A DNA stretch of 64,000 nucleotides, from positions 1-64,000 of the IMG/VR virus record IMGVR_UViG_3300013426_000028. One strand, written 5' to 3'. Shown piece after piece: positions 37,486 through 47,773 of this stretch. The notes beneath the pieces are model-generated. The model was not told where the DNA came from and made no database searches. It saw only the letters and a program-made list of their open reading frames with translations. Origin of the DNA: a virus. Its lineage: Duplodnaviria; Caudoviricetes. The stretch's first letter is position 1. The number at the start of each line of letters is the position of its first letter. The position numbers were made by a program, and so were the translations under genes.

Positions 37486-38019
37486 ATGAATTATAAAGTT
37501 GAGATATTAAAATATCCAAAAGAAGAAGATTTGCTTTGGTGTAAACAATGTTGTTTAAATACAATAGGAAAATCAACAACAAAACAACCTACTGAAGAAT
37601 GGTTAACTAAGCTTGTAGAAGCTGAACATAGTCCTATGAGAGAACTTTGGTTTGGTATTAAAATGACTATTCCTTATTATATTTCAAACCATTTTATACG
37701 CCATCACATAGGAGTTAACCATTATGTTCAGTCTCAAAGAAATGACAGACAAACTAATTATGATCGAACTAAAGCTCCACAAGACGCAATGGTAAGTCAT
37801 ATAATGTCTATCAATGCTCAAGAATTAGTATTCATGGCACATAAGAGATTATGTAATCAAGCAAGTCCTGAAACACATTTAATAATGCAAACAATCTGTG
37901 ATGAAGTTATTAAAGTTGCACCTTATATGAAATCGGTTCTTGTACCATTATGCGTATATAGAAATAACAAATGCACCGAATTCTTCCCTTGTGCAAGAGC
38001 AAAAACTTTTAAAAAATAA
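37486..38019 (+). CDS. thyX: Flavin-dependent thymidylate synthase
   Basis: EHSP.R, HFIRHH, QSQR, RLC.QAS.ET. Confidence 0.8.
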   Translation: MNYKVEILKYPKEEDLLWCKQCCLNTIGKSTTKQPTEEWLTKLVEAEHSPMRELWFGIKMTIPYYISNHFIRHHIGVNHYVQSQRNDRQTNYDRTKAPQDAMVSHIMSINAQELVFMAHKRLCNQASPETHLIMQTICDEVIKVAPYMKSVLVPLCVYRNNKCTEFFPCARAKTFKK

Positions 38020-38021
38020 TT

Positions 38022-38066
38022 AAAGTCAATCAAAAAGGTTGACTTTTTTTTATAATTAAGTATAAT
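38022..38066 (+). promoter_or_regulatory. Fused terminator/promoter
   Basis: AAAGTCAATC/GGTTGACTTT hairpin; TTGACT-N16-TATAAT. Confidence 0.7.
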
Positions 38067-38089
38067 GATGATAGAAATGAGGTGGCAAA

Positions 38090-39454
38090 ATGCTAACAAA
38101 AGAAAAATTAGAAGAAATCGTAAGCAGACCTGAATATGATTTTCTAAGAACTAATCCTAGATTAAAGGATAAAATCTTATTCTTGACTGTCGGAGGCAGC
38201 TATGCTTATGGAACTAATGTTGAAGGTTCAGATATCGACATTAGAGGAGTTGCGATGAATAGTATCGAAGATATTTTAGGCGGTACAACATTTGAACAAT
38301 TCCAAAATGATGAAACTGACACAGTTATCTATTCAGTAAACAAGTTTATTAAATTAGTAACTGATTGTAATCCTAATGTTATTGAAATGTTATTTTGTGA
38401 GCCTGATCAATACATTTGGGTATCTCCATTAGGACAATTATTATTAGATAACAAACATCTATTTTTATCTCAAAAAGCTTATTATACCTTTGGTGGATAT
38501 GCTAGAGCACAATTAAATAGATTAGAAAATGCTTTATGTAGAGGCAACTACTTTACACAAGCACAAAAAGAAGAACATATTGCAAGAAGTGTAGAAAATT
38601 CTATTGATAGCTTTAGTGAAAGATATTCAGCAATGATACAAGGCAAAGGAAGTATCAAACTTCATACTGATAAAGTAGATGAAAATGGTGATAGGATCAT
38701 CACAACTGATATGACAATGAAAGATGTCCCTTTAAGAGAAGTTCGTTCTATGTTAGAAGAAATGACTAATATTGTAAGAGATTATGACAAGTCTGGTGGC
38801 TGGAGAAATACAAAGAAAGATATCCCGCATCTAAACAAACATATTACGCATCTAGTAAGACTATATTATATGGGCATTGAAATTTTACAAACTGGTACTC
38901 TACATACTTATAGAAGTAAAGAACATCAATTATTAATGAGCATCAGAAGTGGATTATTCTTAGACGAAAAGAATAATTTAAAACCCGAATTTTACACCGT
39001 ATTAGATGATTTAGAAAATAAGTTAAAAACAGCTTTAGATAATAGTAAATTACCTAAAAAAGCTAGACGTGATGAAATCAAACAATTACAAATTAAAATT
39101 AATTTATTAATGATTAAAATGGATGACTATAAAGAATATACGTTGCCAGAGTTTGATTTAGACAAAAAAGAAAAGGTTATTAACAATAAAAATTACAAAA
39201 TTACTTTATCTGAAATTTTAGATATGAACCCAAACTATACCGCAATTCATTGTAATACCGAAGAAAAAGCAAATGCTTTATTAATAGTATTAAATAGAGT
39301 GGGAAAGGAATGGATTAGTGGAGATTCATATTTAGCAGAAAATAATTGGCGATTTGAAAAAACTAAAACTTGCTATGGTTTAGATGGGTCATATGGAATT
39401 TCTGAATGGTATGATGATGTCTACGAATTCGATGATATTGATTTAAATAATTAA
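38090..39454 (+). CDS. Pol-beta superfamily nucleotidyltransferase (RlaP/YcgL-like) fused to a C-terminal AIHC module
   Basis: GGSYAYGT....SDIDIRG, NPN.IE.L, F.GYA..QL, K....H..RL. Confidence 0.8.
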   Translation: MLTKEKLEEIVSRPEYDFLRTNPRLKDKILFLTVGGSYAYGTNVEGSDIDIRGVAMNSIEDILGGTTFEQFQNDETDTVIYSVNKFIKLVTDCNPNVIEMLFCEPDQYIWVSPLGQLLLDNKHLFLSQKAYYTFGGYARAQLNRLENALCRGNYFTQAQKEEHIARSVENSIDSFSERYSAMIQGKGSIKLHTDKVDENGDRIITTDMTMKDVPLREVRSMLEEMTNIVRDYDKSGGWRNTKKDIPHLNKHITHLVRLYYMGIEILQTGTLHTYRSKEHQLLMSIRSGLFLDEKNNLKPEFYTVLDDLENKLKTALDNSKLPKKARRDEIKQLQIKINLLMIKMDDYKEYTLPEFDLDKKEKVINNKNYKITLSEILDMNPNYTAIHCNTEEKANALLIVLNRVGKEWISGDSYLAENNWRFEKTKTCYGLDGSYGISEWYDDVYEFDDIDLNN

Positions 39455-39471
39455 ATAAAAGGAGAATAAAA

Positions 39472-40299
39472 ATGAAAAAAATTAGTAGAAAAGAATTTCT
39501 AACAAAAGATATCTATATTACATATAACTCTAAAGAAGAATATAAGAACATTTTAAAATTTATTGAAGACAATTTTGAATCTGTGAGATGGAATGCAGAT
39601 GGTAGAAAACCAACTGAGTTTGATTTTAATGCGTGTGCAGAGAAGGCTTATTTAGGATTTATCAATATGGTTGATAATAAGCTTTTTGATACGTGCTATA
39701 TACTATGGGATAATGAACATAAATTAATGCTGAACTTTTCTAATTTTGTAGATATTGTTAACTCATTTAATATTGAACTTCTAACTGGATATGAAAAACA
39801 ATATATTACAGATATAATAAAAGCGTCAAGATTAAAAGTTGATTATGTAGTAAAGAAAAGTGCTGAATCAACATATGACCTTATTCGTTTTGAAGAAGAT
39901 GGCGATGGTGTTACTACATTGTATCTCTATGCTATCGCCACATTAGAAGATCTCGATGAAGGTGAAAAATATACTTTAGATGAATTAGGAATAGATATTT
40001 ATGATGAAAAAGAAGAACATAAAATCACATTAAGCGAATTTTTCAAAAGTAGAGATCTAAAAGCTATTCACTGTAAGAATGTCGACCAAGTAAAAAAATT
40101 ATATGCTGCTTCTGATAAACTCTATGAAAAAGGTATGACAGGAGGCAGACGTCTAGAAGAATTAGGAATAGATGCAACTTATAAGTTTTATAAATATCAA
40201 ACTGCTTATACTAATAATGGAACTTATGGATACATATATGATTTAGAAGATGATGGTGTTGAAATCTATGAGTTTAAAGATGTAGATTTAGATAACTAG
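39472..40299 (+). CDS. Mosaic protein of repeated small modules
   Basis: Contains LT..EK.Y...YTL.ELG and KITLSEF..AIHC...YEF.D.DL modules. Confidence 0.6.
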   Translation: MKKISRKEFLTKDIYITYNSKEEYKNILKFIEDNFESVRWNADGRKPTEFDFNACAEKAYLGFINMVDNKLFDTCYILWDNEHKLMLNFSNFVDIVNSFNIELLTGYEKQYITDIIKASRLKVDYVVKKSAESTYDLIRFEEDGDGVTTLYLYAIATLEDLDEGEKYTLDELGIDIYDEKEEHKITLSEFFKSRDLKAIHCKNVDQVKKLYAASDKLYEKGMTGGRRLEELGIDATYKFYKYQTAYTNNGTYGYIYDLEDDGVEIYEFKDVDLDN

Positions 40300-40330
40300 A
40301 AATATTCAGAAATAAGGAGAAATATAAAAA

Positions 40331-40723
40331 ATGAGAAAAAAATTAGTAAAAATACTTACACCAAATACAAAAAGAGGAATTGACAATTTAATAGAATTAG
40401 CAGAAAAAGAAGGTCACGATAAAATCAGTGCTATAAGAATTTCTTTTAAAGGAAATAGAGAAATACTACATTGGAACGGTGAAGATGTTACAGTTACTGT
40501 TTCTTTAATAGGAAAATATAGATTAAAAAGTCGTGGAACAGGATATCGTTGGGCAGCCACTCTTACTGTTTTTAGCGATATAGAAGCATATTATTTAGAA
40601 TGTCTTAAATATGATTTTAATAAAGAAGAATGTGAAGTTGAATTAAGCATCAAAGAATATGATGATGAAAAATATGTTATCTGTGAAAATTATCGTGAAA
40701 TAGATTTAGCATTAGGAAAGTAA
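40331..40723 (+). CDS. Hypothetical protein
   Basis: AAGGAG RBS. Confidence 0.55.
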   Translation: MRKKLVKILTPNTKRGIDNLIELAEKEGHDKISAIRISFKGNREILHWNGEDVTVTVSLIGKYRLKSRGTGYRWAATLTVFSDIEAYYLECLKYDFNKEECEVELSIKEYDDEKYVICENYREIDLALGK

Positions 40724-40729
40724 AATCTT

Positions 40730-42196
40730 ATGGAAAGAAAAGATATTGAACAACTTATAAAATATGCTTTGCCAGCTGAAGTATTCACAATCTTTAACAG
40801 TTTAGAAAATAAAGGCTTTGAAACTTATTTAGTGGGTGGAAGTGTTAGAGACATGTGCTTCAATGCTATTTTTCACGATAATAAAGATGCTCGTTATCGC
40901 AACGTTCACGATTTTGATTTTGCAACCGCTGCTCTTCCTGAAGAAATTATGGAAGCTTTTAAAGATTATGAAGTAATTCCAACTGGGTTAAAACACGGCA
41001 CAGTTACAGTTAGGATCAACCATCAAAATTTTGAAATAACAACATTCAGAATAGATGGTAAATATGACGATTTTCGTCATCCTGACTCTGTATCATTCAC
41101 TAGATCTATAGAAGAAGATTTAAGTCGTCGTGACTTCACAATGAATGCTATTGCTTATAGTCCTACAAGAGGCCTTGTAGATCCTTTTAATGGTATCGAA
41201 GATATTGACATTATAAGATGTGTTGGAAATCCAGGACAAAGATTTCAAGAAGATCCTTTAAGAATTCTTAGAGCATCACGCTTTGCTCTTCAATTTATGA
41301 TACCTATTGAAATAGATACATATGAAGCTGCTCAACAAAACGTGAATTTAATTCATCATTTATCAAAAGAAAGAGTAACCGATGAATTCAAAAAAATGTT
41401 AAATATTGACCCTCTAAAAATCACTTATTCTATATTTAATACTTATTATGGTTTTATTTTAGAAGAATATTTTCCTACATTAAAAGAATATGCAGATTTT
41501 CGTCCTACTTTTAATGAAAATCCTCAAATTTGGAACAAGCATCTTCGTATACAAGATCATCAAGTTAATGTGTTTTTAAGAGTAAAATACTTATATCCTA
41601 TGTTTGATTTTGCATTATATATAGCTGCTTTATGTCACGACTTAGGAAAGAAAAATGCAGAAACATTAACTCTAACAGACGATAAAACTGCAATATATCA
41701 TTATTATAGACATCCAGAAGAAAGTCTTAAGATTTTTGAACAAGAAATATTGCCACGTTTATCTTTATCAAACAGAGAAATTGATGAAGCAAAAACATTG
41801 ATTTTATATCATGATATGCGTATTGCACCTACTAAAAAATCAGTAAAAAAAGCTTTACAAAAAATGTCTCCATCGGTGTTATTTATATTATTTAAATTGC
41901 AAGAAGCTGACCTTGATGACCATAATTTTGCTAATTTATTAAGAGAGAAAAATATATATCGTGATTTATATGTAGCACAATATATCGCTTCAGAAATTCA
42001 TAAAGATATCCAAGAATGTTTCACCATAAAACAACTTAAAATCAATGGTAGAGACCTTCTAAATTTAGGAATAGAACCAGGCCCTAAAATTGGTGAAATT
42101 CTTAGAGAATTATTAAAAAAAGTTATTGATGAAGAGATACAAAATGATCCTAAATCTCTTCTACAATACGCGCAACATTTAGCCACAAAAGAATGA
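40730..42196 (+). CDS. cca: CCA-adding tRNA nucleotidyltransferase (class II) with HD-like domain
   Basis: LVGGSVRD, DFDFAT, GLKHGT, RRDFTMNA, RFQEDPLRILRA.RF, HDLGK, L.INGRDL..LG..PG. Confidence 0.9.
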   Translation: MERKDIEQLIKYALPAEVFTIFNSLENKGFETYLVGGSVRDMCFNAIFHDNKDARYRNVHDFDFATAALPEEIMEAFKDYEVIPTGLKHGTVTVRINHQNFEITTFRIDGKYDDFRHPDSVSFTRSIEEDLSRRDFTMNAIAYSPTRGLVDPFNGIEDIDIIRCVGNPGQRFQEDPLRILRASRFALQFMIPIEIDTYEAAQQNVNLIHHLSKERVTDEFKKMLNIDPLKITYSIFNTYYGFILEEYFPTLKEYADFRPTFNENPQIWNKHLRIQDHQVNVFLRVKYLYPMFDFALYIAALCHDLGKKNAETLTLTDDKTAIYHYYRHPEESLKIFEQEILPRLSLSNREIDEAKTLILYHDMRIAPTKKSVKKALQKMSPSVLFILFKLQEADLDDHNFANLLREKNIYRDLYVAQYIASEIHKDIQECFTIKQLKINGRDLLNLGIEPGPKIGEILRELLKKVIDEEIQNDPKSLLQYAQHLATKE

Positions 42197-42243
42197 AAAA
42201 GTTAAGATTAATATCTTGACTTTTTTTTATATTTCTCTATAAT
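42197..42243 (+). promoter_or_regulatory. Fused terminator/promoter
   Basis: AAAAGTTAAGAT/ATCTTGACTTTT hairpin; TTGACT-N16-TATAAT. Confidence 0.7.
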
Positions 42244-42272
42244 AAATAGTGTAAGAAAAGGAGAATAAAAAA

Positions 42273-42809
42273 ATGGAAAAATTAGAACTTACAAACATTG
42301 ATGAAAAGGTCGCCTCCTTATTTATCAAAGATGAAAACGGAGTCATCGTCCCTGATAAAACATTAGATATTATTGTCGATGCTCTAAACACAAACATTGA
42401 AAAGGCGCAAGAAGATGATAAAAAATTCAGAGAAGCTTTAAAGAAATTTATGGTAGACAACGGATTAATCAGTGCAACCACAGACAAATATAATGTTTCT
42501 CTTGTCGTTCCAAAAGACAAAGAGTCATTTAATGCAGAAGAATTTGTTAAAAATGAATCTCATGAAATTGTTGATGGTTTCGCTAAAATTTCAAAAACAA
42601 AAGAATTTAATGAAGAGATTTTAAAAGAAAAATATCCTGAAATTTACGATGCTTGTTGTGAAGAATTTCTTAACATTGAAGTTGATACAAAAGCATTAAA
42701 AAAATACTATGAAGACATCTTCAATAAGTATAACATCATCACACCAGCAACTGGTAAAACAACTTTGCGTATTGCAGAAAAGAATACAGGTAAAAAAACT
42801 AAAAAATAG
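42273..42809 (+). CDS. Hypothetical protein with three short internal repeats
   Basis: FNAEEFVKNE / FNEEILKEKYPEIY / VDTKALKKYYEDIF. Confidence 0.55.
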   Translation: MEKLELTNIDEKVASLFIKDENGVIVPDKTLDIIVDALNTNIEKAQEDDKKFREALKKFMVDNGLISATTDKYNVSLVVPKDKESFNAEEFVKNESHEIVDGFAKISKTKEFNEEILKEKYPEIYDACCEEFLNIEVDTKALKKYYEDIFNKYNIITPATGKTTLRIAEKNTGKKTKK

Positions 42810-42826
42810 AAAGGAATATAGACATT

Positions 42827-43180
42827 ATGGAATTTAAAACTTGTGAAGAATATGTACTTGCCATGTTACATACTGCAGACAAAAACAATGATTTCTTACG
42901 AGAAGAATTAAACAAAACTGTTGAAATGTATAATAAATCTCAAAAAGAAAAAACTGAATTAGAAGCAGCAATGCAAATGAAGATTAATCAACTTGAGAGA
43001 ACACTTAAAGCTTTCTTTCATAAAGCAAAATTAGGAAAAGAAGGTTACATCGCCATAGAAACTACATACTCGTTTGAACATGATGAAGATAGTGAATTAA
43101 TTCGAGAAGCGGTAGATAACTATAAAACAGAAGTTGGGAAAATTGAAGCATCAGAAGACGATACAGAAGAAAAAGAGTAA
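42827..43180 (+). CDS. Coiled-coil hypothetical protein
   Basis: GAAAGGA RBS. Confidence 0.55.
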   Translation: MEFKTCEEYVLAMLHTADKNNDFLREELNKTVEMYNKSQKEKTELEAAMQMKINQLERTLKAFFHKAKLGKEGYIAIETTYSFEHDEDSELIREAVDNYKTEVGKIEASEDDTEEKE

Positions 43181-43186
43181 AAACCT

Positions 43187-43453
43187 ATGACAGAACTTAT
43201 TATTGCATTATTATTAGAGGGTCGTAAGACTATACGTACTGTTCTTATTGTCTGTACAGTACTTCTAGTTGTCTTATTAGGAATAGCTTGTTCTAGTTGG
43301 TTTAGTACCACTATGTCCATAGAAGGTAAAATTACTGTTATTATCTTATTGACAATTGATTGCTTATTAGAGTGCTTTACTATCTTAACAAATACATTCT
43401 TAAATAAGTGCATCAGACTAGAATTAAAACAAGAACCACAAAAGGAAGATTAA
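43187..43453 (+). CDS. Two-TM membrane protein
   Basis: Two hydrophobic helices. Confidence 0.5.
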   Translation: MTELIIALLLEGRKTIRTVLIVCTVLLVVLLGIACSSWFSTTMSIEGKITVIILLTIDCLLECFTILTNTFLNKCIRLELKQEPQKED

Positions 43454-43456
43454 ACT

Positions 43457-43822
43457 ATGGAAGATAAAGAAAAAATCAACAATGTTGATATTATACCAAC
43501 ATTTGAAGAATTACAAGAATATTATAAAAAGCTTGATATTCAACCTGATGAATTCTTTCCAATAAAAATCAAAGAAGATGCTACTTACGATGAAGTTTTC
43601 GAGTTATATTTTGACACAACTCTTTCTGATAGAAAGCCGCGTCTTACATACGGAGTAATTTACGGAAACATAGATGAAGCTGAACATTGGCAACCTCGCG
43701 ACCGTGTCTACGATTTCACTCCAGAAGGATATAAAGAATTGAAGAATGATTTATATAGCGAACTCTTAGATCGTTCAATCCTATTAGCATCTGCTATTCT
43801 TAGTATTAAAAGGTCAATGTAA
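43457..43822 (+). CDS. Hypothetical protein
   Basis: AAGGA RBS. Confidence 0.55.
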   Translation: MEDKEKINNVDIIPTFEELQEYYKKLDIQPDEFFPIKIKEDATYDEVFELYFDTTLSDRKPRLTYGVIYGNIDEAEHWQPRDRVYDFTPEGYKELKNDLYSELLDRSILLASAILSIKRSM

Positions 43823-43858
43823 AAAAAACATTGACTTTTTTTTATATTCTATTATAAT
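43810..43858 (+). promoter_or_regulatory. Fused terminator/promoter
   Basis: GGTCAATGT/ACATTGACT hairpin; TTGACT-N16-TATAAT. Confidence 0.7.
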
Positions 43859-43883
43859 AAATAATGTAAGGAGGATACACCCT

Positions 43884-44300
43884 ATGATAAAAGAGTTTTT
43901 TGAAAAAAACAAAGCCAAACGCTCAGCAAAAGATATCGCTAAAATCTGTGATAAATTAGCATCAGAAGTAACAAAACTTGCTCTTACTATTTATGCAGGC
44001 GATGTCTATTGTAGAATTGACAAAGTGGAATTAGATTTAGACCCTGAAGAAGATCGTGCTACGCCAATGTCTTATTCATTTGATGTACATCTTGAAGTTC
44101 CATCTATCAGACCTACCATTAAATGTGCAGATGTGTCTGTTTATTGGGACCAAGCAACATCGATTTCTATTAAGCAAGTAGCAGCAATGGTATTTGAAGC
44201 CGCTGAGTCAGAAGCGGGTGGAAATTACACACACAACATTAAAATCAGTAGTTACACACCAGCTTCAGAAGATGAACTCGAAGAAGAGGACGACGAATAA
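43884..44300 (+). CDS. Hypothetical protein with acidic tail
   Basis: AAGGAGG RBS. Confidence 0.6.
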   Translation: MIKEFFEKNKAKRSAKDIAKICDKLASEVTKLALTIYAGDVYCRIDKVELDLDPEEDRATPMSYSFDVHLEVPSIRPTIKCADVSVYWDQATSISIKQVAAMVFEAAESEAGGNYTHNIKISSYTPASEDELEEEDDE

Positions 44301-44599
44301 TGAACGACGAACCTATATCAAAAAAGACAAAAGAACTAGAATTCTATTGTCCCCATTGTATGAAGAAAGTTGATGTTACACACATCGTTAAACCAACTGA
44401 AATCTGGCCTTATCATAACCACGAATTTACCTTAGAAAATGTTCCCGTCATCATTTGTAAGGAATGTGGTGGAGAGATATGGTATGATGACTTTGACTTC
44501 GTCACGCTTCAACGTGTTCAAGCAATGTGTAAACAACAATATCCTGAAGAATTTGAGGACGATCCAGAAGAAGAAAAGAACACTAAAGAAGAGGGCTAA
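44300..44599 (+). CDS. YgiT/MqsA-type zinc-finger protein
   Basis: CPHC...ENVP...CKECG.E. Confidence 0.65.
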   Translation: MNDEPISKKTKELEFYCPHCMKKVDVTHIVKPTEIWPYHNHEFTLENVPVIICKECGGEIWYDDFDFVTLQRVQAMCKQQYPEEFEDDPEEEKNTKEEG

Positions 44600-44628
44600 A
44601 AACTCTCTTTTTTAATGCTCTTCAAACA

Positions 44629-44759
44629 GTGACAAAATGTCACCACTTCAAAGGCATTTTCTTATTGACAAATATTAATATTTCTATATAATAAAAGTAT
44701 GAAAAACATCAGTCACAAAAAATGTAATGAAATTGTGACAAAGTATCAGTCACAAAAAA
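44629..44759 (+). promoter_or_regulatory. Promoter of the sigma-factor operon flanked by GTGAC/GTCAC operator-like sites
   Basis: TTGACA(44665)-N16-TATAAT; GTGACAAAATGTCAC 44629; ATCAGTCACAAAAAA at 44708 and 44745. Confidence 0.6.
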
Positions 44760-44773
44760 GGAGGGTCCAACCC

Positions 44774-45208
44774 ATGTTAGAACCAATTAATAAAAAAAGT
44801 AAGGAATGGTTTTTCCTAGAAGTTCAAAGAGAAAGTAAACCAAATACAATGTATCAACAAATTCCGTATCACGAAGTTTCTTTTGAAGAATACGTAAATA
44901 AATATCAAGCGGTCACACAAGCACGTTCAAAAGCTCTTGCTTATTGTGCCGCCCATAACATTCCAGAGTCAGAATGCCCAATCAAGTTAACCTATGAGAT
45001 TGAGACATTCGAGGGCTACGTTATATCCACCTGGAGATATCACGATGCTTACACAGACGTGCTCTTAGAACACCGTTACCTATCCAAAGAAACCCGCAGT
45101 ATTATTAAAGCGCATCGCTCCAAAAAAGAAAAACGTCAGATGGGTAGTGACACTAACCAACTCGCCACAGACCCAACAGCCGTCGAAACAGAAGGAGGTC
45201 TCTTCTAA
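44774..45208 (+). CDS. Hypothetical protein
   Basis: AAGGAGG RBS favours ATG 44774 over 44699. Confidence 0.55.
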   Translation: MLEPINKKSKEWFFLEVQRESKPNTMYQQIPYHEVSFEEYVNKYQAVTQARSKALAYCAAHNIPESECPIKLTYEIETFEGYVISTWRYHDAYTDVLLEHRYLSKETRSIIKAHRSKKEKRQMGSDTNQLATDPTAVETEGGLF

Positions 45209-45210
45209 AA

Positions 45211-45591
45211 ATGCTAATACCAAAGACCCCCAAATCCTTCAAAAACCCCGATGTCATCGGCATAAAATCGAATAAAAGTAATATTTTATTTGATATCTGC
45301 ATTTCCAAAGATCTTCCAGGATATATAATTTTAAAACCAGCTCCCTTAGGAACAATCGGATTATATGAGTTTATGCCTATATCTACATTCTTAGTAGTTA
45401 CGGATAATTCAAATATAACTCACGTGTCAATAGATATGGAATACGTTCCTCACGTACGTATACACACATACACATATACGTATGCAGATACACACACATA
45501 CGAGGAACCGCTTCCTATATCTCTAAAAGATAAAATTGCACTATCTTACATTAAAACTATCTCTCGTAAGAAAAGAAAGGAAAATAATTAA
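45211..45591 (+). CDS. Hypothetical protein containing an alternating purine-pyrimidine tract
   Basis: AAGGAGG RBS; HTYTYTY low-complexity segment. Confidence 0.45.
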   Translation: MLIPKTPKSFKNPDVIGIKSNKSNILFDICISKDLPGYIILKPAPLGTIGLYEFMPISTFLVVTDNSNITHVSIDMEYVPHVRIHTYTYTYADTHTYEEPLPISLKDKIALSYIKTISRKKRKENN

Positions 45592-45595
45592 GTCT

Positions 45596-46273
45596 ATGTC
45601 TAGTTCAGCAGTACAAAATCAACCAAATAATAATAACAACGATCAACCAGTCCGTCACATCAAACGCGGTCAATATAAAGACTACTCTCAACCCCTTAAC
45701 GGCATGACCCTCGAAGAGTCCAACAAGCTTATCACAGATAATCTCGCACTTGTGTTCTGGGTATTAAAAGAGAAGTTTCATTTTGATCCTTCCACGATGC
45801 AAGACTATGAAGATGTTGTGTCTCTCGGTATGCAAGGATTAGTCATCGCAGCGCGTCTCTATAATCCCGCATCAGGCTACAACTTTTCAACCTATGCAAC
45901 ACACTGCATCTCTTCTCAAATTCGCTCAGAGTATTTCCGTCGTAATCAAACGCTTAAAGCCACCCCCGAATTTGCCCCCGCTTACCTAGATGCCCCCCTC
46001 CCTCTTGAGACAGATCATGGCACCAAAAAAACGCTTCTCGATCTTCTCCCCGCCTCCCCATCTTCCGACCCTTCCACCACCCAAGACGCCTCAACCATAA
46101 TGGACTTCATAATCAACAATCCTATTCCAAATAAATCCACTTTCCTCTCCTACCTTCAAGGAACCCGCATTATAGACATAGCCAAACAAGAGTCCGTCTC
46201 TTCCACCGCCATCCAGAACCGCCTTAAAGTTTCCATATCCTATCTTCGCTCCATCTTCAACCCTTCTCACTAG
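45596..46273 (+). CDS. Phage RNA polymerase sigma-70-family factor
   Basis: Region 2 LITDNLALV..EDVVSLGMQGLVIAARLYNPASGYNFSTYATHCI; region 4 HTH IIDIAKQESVSSTAIQNRL. Confidence 0.85.
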   Translation: MSSSAVQNQPNNNNNDQPVRHIKRGQYKDYSQPLNGMTLEESNKLITDNLALVFWVLKEKFHFDPSTMQDYEDVVSLGMQGLVIAARLYNPASGYNFSTYATHCISSQIRSEYFRRNQTLKATPEFAPAYLDAPLPLETDHGTKKTLLDLLPASPSSDPSTTQDASTIMDFIINNPIPNKSTFLSYLQGTRIIDIAKQESVSSTAIQNRLKVSISYLRSIFNPSH

Positions 46274-47180
46274 CCCCTCCCCAGGGGTTTTTCTTTTTTC
46301 ACCCCCCTCTTTTACCCTTTCTTTACCCCCTGGGGGAAACGCGCAGTGAGCCATTGGGTATTGAGCTTGTGAAATAGCCATTGGCGAACGATGAGCGCGT
46401 GGGGGCAAACGCGTGCCACTCCGAGATGACACACTCTGCAAGTCTTGAGAGAAAAAAATGAAAATTTTTATAACTCACACACTTGCGAGAGCTTTTCAAC
46501 GAAAAGTCGAGGCAAAATTGCTTTACTTTCTTTAAGGGGGAATATAAACCGAAGGTTTATATGAAATTCTTTTTACTCTTTTTACTCTTTTCTTTATTTA
46601 TTTCTTTTCTTTTTAATCAACTTTTTTCTTTTCGTTTTTCTTTCTTTTCGGTTTTTTCTCCTTTTTCTTGGGGGACGGTTCTTTAAAAGCAGGCGCGCGT
46701 GACGCACGTGTACGTGTATGCACGTATGTGTACATATACATACATATACACATCACATACACAAAAACTAATGTGCCATTGTCCGCCAGCTTCAAAGCTA
46801 ACTTCAGAACTCTTTAATACTCTTCCTTACCTAACTATTCTAAATATTCGAATACTTCAAGTTACTCAAATTCTTTGATATATTTACTTCAATGTAACTT
46901 CAATGAATCTTTGAACCAACTTCAATATAACTTAATTATTTTGCTTTTAACCTTGCTTAAGTTAAATTATAAATTTTACTCATACTTTTTTTCGGTTCGC
47001 TTCGCTTATTAAAAGGCGTAAGTGCTTATGCCCTTCCGCCAATCTTCCATTTAAAAGTCTTGCTTCCGCAATCCTTTCAAATCCGCAAAGTGTATTTATT
47101 CTTTTTTTGTTTTCTTTTCTGTACTTTGAGTTTATGTAATACCTAAAACTACTTAAAATGAAATATTCATCATTTTTTCT

Positions 47181-47473
47181 CCATTTAATTCAAAGAATCT
47201 CAAGTAAAGCAAGTTCTAATAAGTATTTATTCATTTTTATTGAATTTATTTCTTTATTCTTGATTTAATTCAAGAAAAAAATAGAAGGTTCTTGTGTACG
47301 CGCGTATACATGTATGCGTAACGTATAAAACTCTTATTTTTTAGATTTATTAAACACTCTTTAATTTATTTTCCATTTAATTCAAGAAATTAGGTCTAAA
47401 GTGGCTTAAGACAAGTATTTATTGGTCTGGAGTGTGTTTGGTTAGCTTTTATCCATTCAATTCAAGAAAAAAA
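47181..47473 (+). repeat. Iteron-like direct repeats (CC)ATT(T/C)AATTCAA(A)GAA, 4 copies
   Basis: Copies near 47181, 47263, 47373, 47453. Confidence 0.55.
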
Positions 47474-47635
47474 TTAGTTAAATTTGATTCTGGAGTGTTT
47501 TGAGAGTTATACAAGGGTTTTGATTTATATGATTTAAGCGTTACACTTTGTAACGGTTTGGGTGTAACAGTTTGGTATGTTTTGTTTCACACTTTCGAGG
47601 ATTACTCGTTTATTCATTTGGGTGTTTAGAGAAAA

Positions 47636-47706
47636 TTTTTAAGTAGGATTTAAGCAAGATAAGGTTTTTATTTAAGCCAGATTTTAAGTAGGATTTAAGT
47701 AGGATG
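47636..47706 (+). repeat. Tandem TTTAAGTAGGA-like repeats
   Basis: TTTTAAGTAGGATTTAAG twice plus degenerate units. Confidence 0.55.
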
Positions 47707-47773
47707 TGTATGAGGCAGGTGGGTAGAAATAAAAGGTCGCGTGTATGGGCGCGTGCGCGATTTTTATATAGAA

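Noticed and set aside
46091-46795. ORFs 46091..46441(-), 46483..46686(+) and 46613..46795(-)
   Set aside because: Low-complexity translations of skewed non-coding DNA or antisense to the sigma gene; no credible RBS
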